From Pseudobdellovibrionaceae bacterium (GTDB lineage: Bacteria > Bdellovibrionota > Bdellovibrionia > Bdellovibrionales > Bdellovibrionaceae): a stretch of DNA of 64,000 nt. Both the position numbers and the translations under genes were made by a program. Of this stretch, positions 55,969 to 64,000 are shown in pieces (within the stretch, counting starts at the first letter, position 1; every line of letters begins with the position of its first letter). The stretch lies in NCBI GenBank assembly GCA_044359815.1, contig JBIKLL010000001.1, positions 64,001-128,000 on the forward strand, written 5' to 3'. The notes below the pieces were generated by a model. It did not search any database, was not told the origin of the DNA, and was given only the letters and a program-made list of their open reading frames with translations.

Positions 55969-58478
55969 TAAAATGGTGTTCCTATCGTAAACTGAAAAAC
56001 ATTGGCGTCTGGTGAAAACTCAGTGCGCCTTAGCGGAAATCCCCACTCAAACCTTAACGGTCCGATCGGAGAAAACCATCTGAATCCAAAACCCACGTTT
56101 GAATAAAAGCCTTCTGCAGTGATTTGGTCATCGGCTTGACCCAAATCATAAAATGCCACGCCTTTGATTCCAGCCTCAGCAATCAAAGGAAATTCAAATT
56201 CCATTTGATACAACAATTGTTTTTCGCCGCCATAAGGTCTTTGTGACAGTAAAGCCCTTCTTTGAGGGTCTGTGATTTGTTCAGAAGCTGGGACCTTGGG
56301 TACAGTGTCATCTGGAGGGGGCAAGGCCGCCGGGTTATGAGAGGCATCGTAATAGCGAGAATAAACCCGCTTACCCACGGTGTAGAAATTGTAACCCCTC
56401 AAGGTAAAGGCTCCGCCTAATTTATAAAGTTCATTAAATGGAACCGGGTCGGAATTGTGCGACTGAATAAATTGATAATTTAAATTATTTCGCCAAACCA
56501 CTTCCCAAAAAAGCTTTTTAAAATATTTAAAGGATGTGATCCCACGAGTGTAATTAAATTTTCCGCCCAGGCCTGCGTATTCCATCGTGCCTGATGCATA
56601 GATCCCGGCTGAAGGAGAAAATCTGTCGTTTCGCTTATCGTATTCCAAAACACCAGCGATGGAGCTGGTTAACCCTTGAGCTTTTTCTTTGTTGAAAATT
56701 GTTTCGTCAGTGTACACATGGTAATTGGTTCCATCGTCACGAATAATATAATCAATATTTGTTTGCTCTAAACGGTATCTGACAGAGCCTCTGATATATT
56801 CACCTAACGGGTGTCCAAACCTGAAGGTTCCCCCTGTGCGATTTTCTTTGTAATCAGCCTGATCTACAAAAGTTCTGGAAACACCAAAACCTAAGCTCCA
56901 TTCAGTGTCGTTAAAATAAGGTTCGGTAAAATCAAAACCATATTCTGTGATCCCTTGCCCATGCCTGATGTTAGAGCTCAGCGACTGTCCCTTACCCAGA
57001 AAATTAGTCTGACTGACACTTCCCTGCAATGAAAAACCAGAATTCGATCCCCAGCCGGCTCCCAGCTGAATCTGTCCTGTGTTTCTTTCTTTTAATGAAA
57101 TCTCGATGTCCAATTGGTTGGGCTTATCAGGAGGCGTGGATGTTTTAAAATTCACTTCTTCAAAAAATCCTAAACGTCTGACGTTATCAATTGATTCACG
57201 TTTATTGGTTTCGTTGTACAGTTCGCCTTCAGCAATTTTCAATTCCCGACGAACAACCTTATCCCGGGTCTTGGAATTTCCCACCACATTGATTTGCCCA
57301 AAATAGACTTTGTTACCCTTATCAAATTCAAAAGTGATGTCGATTTTGCGTTCTTTTTCCAAAATCCGAGTGCGCGGAATCACATTCGTAAAGGCGTAAC
57401 CCAAGTCTCCGTATTTAGCCTGCAATTCACTCAAGTCCTTTTGCAGAGTTTCATAGGAAAATGTTTTTCTTTTGTTGATTTCAATGGTGTCAGACAATTC
57501 GGTGCGCGAAAACAGCAAGTCACCTGCAAAATCTATTTCGCCGATGTCATATTGTTCACCTTCATCAATTTTAATAGTGATGTAGATGCTTTTTTTATCC
57601 GGAGTCACATAAACTTCAGGTCGTTCGATTTTTGCCTGAACATAGCCTTCATTCAAATACAGAACCTTTAAAATCTGCACGTCCCGCTCAAAGGCCTCTT
57701 GCTTGTAACCACCAGAGCCTGACATAAACGAAAAATATCCGGCTTCCGAAGTCGCTAAGCGAGCTTTTAAAAATCCATCCTTCAGTCTTTTGTTTCCCAA
57801 AAAAGTTATTTTTTGAACTTTAACTTTGTCGTTTTCGCTAACAGTGATTGTGAGCTTAACGCTTTCACCCTTTACCACGTCAGAAACTTTATAATTAAGC
57901 CTTGCTAAAAAATAACCTTTGTCCTCGTAAAACTTTTGAAGCTTGTCCATGGAATCTTTGACCTTGGTCATATTGATGATTTCAAAAGCCTTCAATCCCG
58001 AGTTTTCCAACAAATCGTCTGTTTTAATTTCGCTGTTACCCTCAAAAACAATTTCAGCAATGGTTGGTTTTTCAACCACGTTGTAAATCAAAGTATCGCC
58101 ATCACGTTCAACCCTGATGTCATTAAAAAAACCTGTCTTGTATAGGGCATCCATGTCTTCTCGCACTGTGGCTGCCGTATAAAATTCGTTTTCTTTGACC
58201 TTAACCTTTAACAAAATGGCTTCTTTTTCGATGCGCTTGTTGCCCCGCACTTCGATTTTCGCGACTTTTTGCTGCGACGTGGCTTTTATCAGCGGATTTT
58301 TAGCTTGTTTTGCCGGCAATGGTTTGGATTTTTTGCCTGCATTTTGAGCTAATGCTGATTGATTCAATGCAAATGCAGCAGCAACATAAAAAAACAGAGT
58401 GATTTTAGGGATTTTCGATAGGTTTTTTAACACAAGGCAGAGGCTAGCAACGCCCAAAAAAATTGTCAAAAGAATCAA
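55968..58478 (-). CDS. bamA: Outer membrane protein assembly factor BamA
   Basis: POTRA repeats, TRDKVVRRE, LRGY, SPIGPLRF, C-terminal Phe. Start uncertain. Confidence 0.96.
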   Translation of the reverse strand: MILLTIFLGVASLCLVLKNLSKIPKITLFFYVAAAFALNQSALAQNAGKKSKPLPAKQAKNPLIKATSQQKVAKIEVRGNKRIEKEAILLKVKVKENEFYTAATVREDMDALYKTGFFNDIRVERDGDTLIYNVVEKPTIAEIVFEGNSEIKTDDLLENSGLKAFEIINMTKVKDSMDKLQKFYEDKGYFLARLNYKVSDVVKGESVKLTITVSENDKVKVQKITFLGNKRLKDGFLKARLATSEAGYFSFMSGSGGYKQEAFERDVQILKVLYLNEGYVQAKIERPEVYVTPDKKSIYITIKIDEGEQYDIGEIDFAGDLLFSRTELSDTIEINKRKTFSYETLQKDLSELQAKYGDLGYAFTNVIPRTRILEKERKIDITFEFDKGNKVYFGQINVVGNSKTRDKVVRRELKIAEGELYNETNKRESIDNVRRLGFFEEVNFKTSTPPDKPNQLDIEISLKERNTGQIQLGAGWGSNSGFSLQGSVSQTNFLGKGQSLSSNIRHGQGITEYGFDFTEPYFNDTEWSLGFGVSRTFVDQADYKENRTGGTFRFGHPLGEYIRGSVRYRLEQTNIDYIIRDDGTNYHVYTDETIFNKEKAQGLTSSIAGVLEYDKRNDRFSPSAGIYASGTMEYAGLGGKFNYTRGITSFKYFKKLFWEVVWRNNLNYQFIQSHNSDPVPFNELYKLGGAFTLRGYNFYTVGKRVYSRYYDASHNPAALPPPDDTVPKVPASEQITDPQRRALLSQRPYGGEKQLLYQMEFEFPLIAEAGIKGVAFYDLGQADDQITAEGFYSNVGFGFRWFSPIGPLRFEWGFPLRRTEFSPDANVFQFTIGTPF

Positions 58479-58491
58479 ATTTAATCTTACT

Positions 58492-59184
58492 TTATTGTGC
58501 TGACCACAATCCGTCTTTGATAATCAGAGTGCGATTAAACTTTTTGGCAAACTGAATATCGTGAGTGACAACGATCAAGGTTAATCCAAATTCAGATTTT
58601 AAATTAAAAAACAGCTCTTGGATCAATTGAGAATTTTTTGAATCCAAATTTCCCGTGGGCTCATCGGCAAATAAAATTTTAGGACCATTGACTAAGGCTC
58701 TGGCAATGGCCACACGCTGCAATTCCCCGCCAGAAAGCTCTGATGGAAAATGATGCAGCCTTTGACCCAAACCCACTTTTGATAATAATTGAGTGGCTTT
58801 AGTTGTTGCAGCTTCTCGATCTAAATTTCCCACTAAACAAGGAAGCATGACGTTTTCAATAGCTGTGAATTCAGACATCAAATGATGAAACTGAAAAACA
58901 AATCCGATGTTTTGATTTCTAAATGCACTCAAGGCATCGTCGTTAAGGTGGGACAGATTTTGATTGAGCATCCATAAATCCCCCGAATCCGCACTGTCTA
59001 AACTGCCTAAAATATGCAGCAATGTGCTTTTACCGGCACCAGAGGCTCCGACGATGGCAATGGATTCACCCGATTGGACAGTCAGGTCAATTCCGCGCAG
59101 AACCTTAATGTCACTGATTCCTTGAGCAAAGGCTTTTGTAATGCCTTTGCATTGCAAAATATAATTGGAAGAAGTTTTATTCAT
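58492..59184 (-). CDS. lolD: Lipoprotein-releasing ABC ATPase
   Basis: [30 protein letters not shown]. Confidence 0.9.
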   Translation of the reverse strand: MNKTSSNYILQCKGITKAFAQGISDIKVLRGIDLTVQSGESIAIVGASGAGKSTLLHILGSLDSADSGDLWMLNQNLSHLNDDALSAFRNQNIGFVFQFHHLMSEFTAIENVMLPCLVGNLDREAATTKATQLLSKVGLGQRLHHFPSELSGGELQRVAIARALVNGPKILFADEPTGNLDSKNSQLIQELFFNLKSEFGLTLIVVTHDIQFAKKFNRTLIIKDGLWSAQ

Positions 59185-60382
59185 ACCTTAACCCTTCGAC
59201 AGGTTTTAAATTAGCACCCTTTAAGGCTGGGGCGTAACTGGAAACCAAGCACACGATAATAGAACTCACAACAATATAAAGGGCATCCCATCCCCTTAAA
59301 TGCAATTTTATGTGATCCACTTTGTAAACACTGAAAGGCAAAATATTGTAATTAGCTTCCAGGTATTCAAATCCAAAGCACATCAAATAACCTAAAATAA
59401 ATCCGATAAAAACCCCTATCACACCTAAAAACAATCCCTGTATGCAAAAAATCTTGATCAGATTTTTTTGTGACACACCCAGGGTTTTCAGTATGGCTAT
59501 GTCAGCATATTTCCTGACCACATTTATATATTGTGTGATTGAAACATTAAAAGCTGCCGCAATCACGATGACCATTATGACAAAAAATATCACGACCCTT
59601 TCAATTTTGACGGCTTCAAATAAATTTTCGCTAAATTCTTTCCAATCCCGCACTCGGTTTGTATCTGAAAGCTTTGAGCGTAATCGATCAGCTGTTTCGC
59701 GAGCTAAGTCTGAATCCTTTAATCCTAAAATTAACCCTGGAGCCCTTTTGGATAATAGCCCCATGGCTATCAGAAATTGATCATTGGTAACCAGTAATCT
59801 TTCGTCAAATTCATATTTTCCAAAACTGATGATCCCGCTGATTTCAAATCTTAAAATCACCCGTTTAAAATCCCCTGGCTCCATTTCGTTTTTTTGTGGC
59901 ACGATGACCCTAAACACGTCACCAATCTTAACCCCTAATTTTTGAGCCAAACTTTTACCAATGACAATACGGTTTCCCCTGATATCAAATTGGCCTTCAA
60001 AAATTCGGTTTTTCAAATTTAAAACAGAATCCACCGTATCAGGATTTAATGCCTGAATGTACACTCCGTTAACCTGGCCCTGAAAGGCTGCCACACCTTC
60101 AATCGAATAAAAGGTAGTCGATGAAATCATATCTGGAGCAATGTTTTTGATTTCGTTTAAATCCAATTCTTTGTTGTCAAAATTAAATATTTGAATGTGT
60201 CCCGCCACATCGATAATGCTTTTTCTCAGAGTCGCTTCAAATCCACTGACTACAGCCATTGATACAACCAGGCTAGCCACACCGATGGACAATCCAATTA
60301 ATGAAATCAATCCGTTCGTTGAAAACAGCGCAGAATTTTTAGATTTCAATAACCTAATTGAAAACCACCAAAGATCCTTCAT
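59177..60382 (-). CDS. lolC: Lipoprotein-releasing permease LolC/E (LolF-like)
   Basis: MacB/FtsX topology, [16 protein letters not shown]. Confidence 0.88.
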   Translation of the reverse strand: MKDLWWFSIRLLKSKNSALFSTNGLISLIGLSIGVASLVVSMAVVSGFEATLRKSIIDVAGHIQIFNFDNKELDLNEIKNIAPDMISSTTFYSIEGVAAFQGQVNGVYIQALNPDTVDSVLNLKNRIFEGQFDIRGNRIVIGKSLAQKLGVKIGDVFRVIVPQKNEMEPGDFKRVILRFEISGIISFGKYEFDERLLVTNDQFLIAMGLLSKRAPGLILGLKDSDLARETADRLRSKLSDTNRVRDWKEFSENLFEAVKIERVVIFFVIMVIVIAAAFNVSITQYINVVRKYADIAILKTLGVSQKNLIKIFCIQGLFLGVIGVFIGFILGYLMCFGFEYLEANYNILPFSVYKVDHIKLHLRGWDALYIVVSSIIVCLVSSYAPALKGANLKPVEGLRYE

Positions 60383-61495
60383 TGAGCCACCTGAGCTCTT
60401 AAAAAACTCAAAATAAAGCCATCCAAATCACCGTCCATCACGTCTTGAACCTGATTGGTTTCAAATGTGGTTCTGTGGTCTTTTACCATTTGATAAGGAT
60501 GCATCACATAGGATCTGATCTGCGATCCCCATTCATTGGCTTTTTTGCCAGCTTCCATTTCTTGCTTTTTTTGATTGCGAGCTTCCAGCTCTTTTTCATA
60601 CAGAGCAGCCTTAAGCATCTTCATCGCTTTTTCGCGGTTTTGGATTTGGCTTCTTTCGCTCTGACATTGAACGACGATATTTGTGGGCAAATGGTACATG
60701 CGCACAGCTGAATCAGTTCGATTAACGTGCTGACCGCCTGCCCCACTGGACCTATAGGTTTCTACTTTGATATCATCAGGTTTAATGTCGATTTTAATGT
60801 CGTCATCAACCTCAGCCCATGCAAACACTGAAGCAAAGCTTGTGTGCCTGCGAGCATTTGAATCAAACGGGGAAATCCTAACCAATCTGTGCACACCGCT
60901 TTCGGCCTTTAAATACCCATAGGCATAGGCGCCTTCAATCAGCATTGTGACTGATTTTATCCCAGCACCTTCACCATCGGTTTGCTCCAACACCTCAACC
61001 TTGTATCCATGGTGTTCGGCATACCTGGTGTACATGCGCATCAGCATAGCTGCCCAGTCGCAGGATTCAGTCCCACCCGCTCCTGAATTTATTGATAAAT
61101 AGGTGCTGTTGGCGTCGACTTCACCATTTAAAAGCTTCACAAGTTCTAATTCCTGAGCCCGTTTTTCCAGCAACGTAAGCTCTGATTTAGCTTCGGCAAA
61201 AGTGGCTTCATCCTGAGCATCAATAGCCATGTCCAACAAAACCTCAGCGTCTTTGAGTCTTTGTTCAAAGGACAGGTATTCGTTGATGGCTTTTTCTAAA
61301 AAAGATTTTTCTTTGTTTAATTGCTGAAGCTTAGTGGGATCATTCCAGACAGCTGGATTTTCTGATTGTAAAAGCACTTCTTCCAGTCTTTTACGCTTTT
61401 TATCCAAGTCAAAGGTACCCCCGAATCTGCACAGACTGGTCCTTTAAATTGCTTAGCAGTTTTTTGACTTCGTAAGTTTCTGATACAATCGACAT
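60379..61495 (-). CDS. prfB: Peptide chain release factor 2 with programmed +1 frameshift
   Basis: ATG 61495, 28 codons to CTT-TGA-C (61414-61408) with GGGGG upstream; +1 frame carries SPF and GGQ motifs. Confidence 0.97.
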
Positions 61496-61521
61496 AGGTT
61501 TTTAATTTCTTAGTAAAGGAT

Positions 61522-61980
61522 TTAATAGTCAACAAGCTTCTTATTTTGAAATTCGCTAAAAGCGGCGTCCTGAATGGCAAACATTTTTTTGGCCTGCATT
61601 GGGCTTTTATCGTGATCATAACCCAGCAAATGCAAAATCCCATGAATCAGCAAATAAATAAATTCTAGTCTCAGAATGTGATTGTGGCTTTTTGCTTGTT
61701 CCTTTAGCACAGGCAAACAAAAAACCAATTCCCCTAAAAAGGGATCAGCGGATTCAAAACTCAGCACATCAGTGGGATAGGATTTGTTTCTAAACTGATG
61801 ATTCAGTTTGGCTGATTCTGCCCTACCCAAAAAAACCAGGGTGATATTTTTGCGTAAAAGTTTCTGAGATTCTTTTTTGGGTAAGCGGGCTTTTAAAACA
61901 GCTGCTACGTCTTGCAAGTCTTTTTGAATTTTTCTTGCTGAAAGCTCTGTTTTAGTTCTATTTATCAGGGTCATTTTCAT
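61522..61980 (-). CDS. ybeY: rRNA maturation RNase YbeY
   Basis: PTDVLSF, HGILHLLGYDH. Confidence 0.95.
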   Translation of the reverse strand: MKMTLINRTKTELSARKIQKDLQDVAAVLKARLPKKESQKLLRKNITLVFLGRAESAKLNHQFRNKSYPTDVLSFESADPFLGELVFCLPVLKEQAKSHNHILRLEFIYLLIHGILHLLGYDHDKSPMQAKKMFAIQDAAFSEFQNKKLVDY

Positions 61981-62629
61981 GACTCAAATTATTAGATTGG
62001 ATTCTTGGTTGATGCAAGAAATCGTTAAACCTGATCATTGCCCTTTGTGTGAAGGCTCACATAAAACCCTGCTTGAAACGGCTTACTGGCGCTGCTCACA
62101 GTGTCAGCTGGTTTGGAAAGATCCCTCCAAATACATAGATAGCCAATCTGCCAGATCCAGATATTTAACCCACAATAACCATATTGATAGCCCCGGATAT
62201 GTCCAGTTTTTGTCTGCAATGATTGAATCGGTAAAATCCTATCCCTGGAGCAATCCTGTAAACACAAAGGGATTGGATTATGGCTGTGGCCCCACTAATG
62301 TGATGTCTGAATTGCTTAAACAGCATAGCTTTGCGGTTGACGATTATGATCCCAATTTTTTTAATCACCCTCTGGAAAAGCAATACGATTTTATAATCTG
62401 TCATGAGGTCTGCGAACATTTTGAGAATCCCCAACAGGATTTCAATCACATAAAAGAACTTCTGAATCCCAATGGAGTTTTATTTTTACGAACCCGGCTG
62501 TACCAACCCAATCAGGTTTTTTCCCAATGGAGTTACGCAAGGGACAAGACTCATGTTTGCTTTTACAATGAGGCCACCATCGATTGGCTTAAAACTCAAT
62601 TTGCAAATCTGGTTTTTGTTAATGGATAA
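61979..62629 (+). CDS. Class I SAM-dependent methyltransferase with N-terminal CxxC zinc site
   Basis: CPLC/CSQC, LDYGCG, EVCEH, DKTHVCFY. Confidence 0.88.
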   Translation: MTQIIRLDSWLMQEIVKPDHCPLCEGSHKTLLETAYWRCSQCQLVWKDPSKYIDSQSARSRYLTHNNHIDSPGYVQFLSAMIESVKSYPWSNPVNTKGLDYGCGPTNVMSELLKQHSFAVDDYDPNFFNHPLEKQYDFIICHEVCEHFENPQQDFNHIKELLNPNGVLFLRTRLYQPNQVFSQWSYARDKTHVCFYNEATIDWLKTQFANLVFVNG

Positions 62630-62637
62630 AAATCCCT

Positions 62638-63018
62638 ATGAAAACTGATAAAGACCGCCCATCAACTTGGGTTCAATACAAACCTGAACTGTGCCAAAAA
62701 TGCATGGGATCTTGCTGCACCATGCCCGTTGAAATTGAAGCCTCTGATTTATTGCAAATGGGCCTGATCACCCAGGACGAATTTCAAACCAGTCATAAAA
62801 AAGCATTCAAACGTCTGCTGAAAGCTGGGATCGTATCCCAGTTCAGATCGACTACCGGAAAGTTTATGTTGTCCCAAAAAGCCAACGACGATTGCTATTT
62901 TTTAGATTCTAAAACCAGACTGTGTACCGTGTATTCAAAGCGGCCCCAGGTGTGTAGGGACTTTCCCACCAAAATGGGTCCTAAGCTGACTTATTGCCCC
63001 TTTTTGGCAAAAGTCTAA
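62638..63018 (+). CDS. YkgJ-family cysteine-cluster protein
   Basis: CxxCxxxCC...CYFL...CTVYSKRPQVCRDFP. Confidence 0.88.
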   Translation: MKTDKDRPSTWVQYKPELCQKCMGSCCTMPVEIEASDLLQMGLITQDEFQTSHKKAFKRLLKAGIVSQFRSTTGKFMLSQKANDDCYFLDSKTRLCTVYSKRPQVCRDFPTKMGPKLTYCPFLAKV

Positions 63019-63088
63019 TCTGTAAACATTTTCTTATCGCCTAAAGCGCTAGGTTTTGCCTTGGACAGGCACAAATTTCGTAGGCTAA

Positions 63089-63640
63089 GTGGTTTATATG
63101 AAAACAATTATTTTTACCGCTCTTATTGGGATGATGGCTACAAACGCAATTGCAGGACAAAGTTTTCGTCCAGGAAAGGTCAAAACTTTCGCCGCCGCCT
63201 CTGAAGGCAACTATGTTTTGAAAGCTGATCAGTCTGACAAATGCAAACCAGCCCTATTTATCCAATTTTTTTCTGAACAATCCAGCAATGCTGTTGCTGA
63301 ATATCTGCAGCTAAGCCCCGGTGGTTATTTGGTGATTGGACTTCAACACCCAAGCCAGGATCAAAAACTGATGGAGCCCATATTTTTCAGACAGTACCCT
63401 GAAAATAGCTTGGTAAAATATGATATGACCTACGATAGACTTGTTAAAAGACAAGCCTCCAAGTCCTATAGCTGCAAATTGTGCGACGTTAGAGTGTTTG
63501 AAATCACAATGTCGAGCCCTCAAGGCAAAGCACTGGAAATCAAATACAGCTCTTTTATCGATAGGGATATATTGAGTGACGTCATCAGCACCGTGACAGA
63601 CGATCAAAGTGCTGACTCTTGCCTGTACCAGCGCCAGTAG
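63089..63640 (+). CDS. Hypothetical exported protein
   Basis: Signal peptide (AIA|G); 183-aa ORF with four Cys. Confidence 0.6.
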   Translation: MVYMKTIIFTALIGMMATNAIAGQSFRPGKVKTFAAASEGNYVLKADQSDKCKPALFIQFFSEQSSNAVAEYLQLSPGGYLVIGLQHPSQDQKLMEPIFFRQYPENSLVKYDMTYDRLVKRQASKSYSCKLCDVRVFEITMSSPQGKALEIKYSSFIDRDILSDVISTVTDDQSADSCLYQRQ

Positions 63641-63654
63641 TTCAAACAGTTTAT

Positions 63655-64000
63655 TTAGATATTAATAAATGTTCTTAAAGTCGCAATCAATGACGAATAC
63701 TGAGCAGAATTTTTTTCTGTGATCAGTTCTCCGTTTATATATTCAGTGGAAGTTTTTGTTCCATTAGGAAAATAGCTGACACTAAAATAAGTAATTGATT
63801 TGCTGTTTACCATCGCCATCATGTTAAAATCCTGAGACACAATCACTGCAGGATCTGCTTCTGAAACCCTTGTGGTCACAACAAAAATCAAATTAATTTC
63901 TCCAAAAGATTGGGTCTTCAATTTTAGATTGTAGTTTATAGATGTCGCAGTCAGTTTACCAACAGAACTGTAATCCCAATACCCACCAAATTCCCCTGAA
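63655..64000 (-). CDS. 3' part of a hypothetical protein (start outside the window)
   Basis: The frame of the 63655-63921 ORF stays open to the window edge. Confidence 0.6.
   Translation of the reverse strand, partial: SGEFGGYWDYSSVGKLTATSINYNLKLKTQSFGEINLIFVVTTRVSEADPAVIVSQDFNMMAMVNSKSITYFSVSYFPNGTKTSTEYINGELITEKNSAQYSSLIATLRTFINI

Noticed and set aside
61317..61643. 108-aa ORF bridging ybeY and prfB; prfB as a pseudogene
   Set aside because: Explained by overlap with ybeY and the canonical prfB frameshift.

Overview
AT-rich bacterial chromosome segment. Gene content and order point to a Bdellovibrionota-like (former deltaproteobacterial) genome; this is an inference. Most of the window is housekeeping on the minus strand: mutL-miaA-yicC-gmk-rpoZ-spoT; rimP-nusA-infB-rbfA-truB-rpsO-pnp-M16 peptidase-dut; ribF-(degenerate aroE)-pilB-pilC-pilS-pilR; and ybeY-prfB(+1 frameshift)-lolC/E-lolD-bamA-skp-lpxA-gnnA-lpxB-lpxK-lpxL-DUF3108-GT9. 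Two convergent tRNAs (Leu-CAA, Arg-CCT) bracket a ~10 kb accessory block. Two main candidates for novelty: (1) a tightly coupled four-gene operon (32022-36488) encoding a DUF4956 membrane protein, a HlyD-type adaptor fused to a beta-propeller, a TolC-like channel and a VTC-type polyphosphate polymerase, which could be a trans-envelope polyphosphate synthesis/export machine; (2) a ~400-bp nested palindromic intergenic element (13939-14346) with a second, partial copy at the window start that shows compensatory base changes and an inverted interior. Smaller findings: an AUC start for miaA, an rpsO leader pseudoknot, a translation start embedded in a tRNA 3' end, loss of pilT from the pil cluster, an AroE pseudoenzyme and several leaderless-type genes. 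All protein family calls are by motif recognition, not database search.
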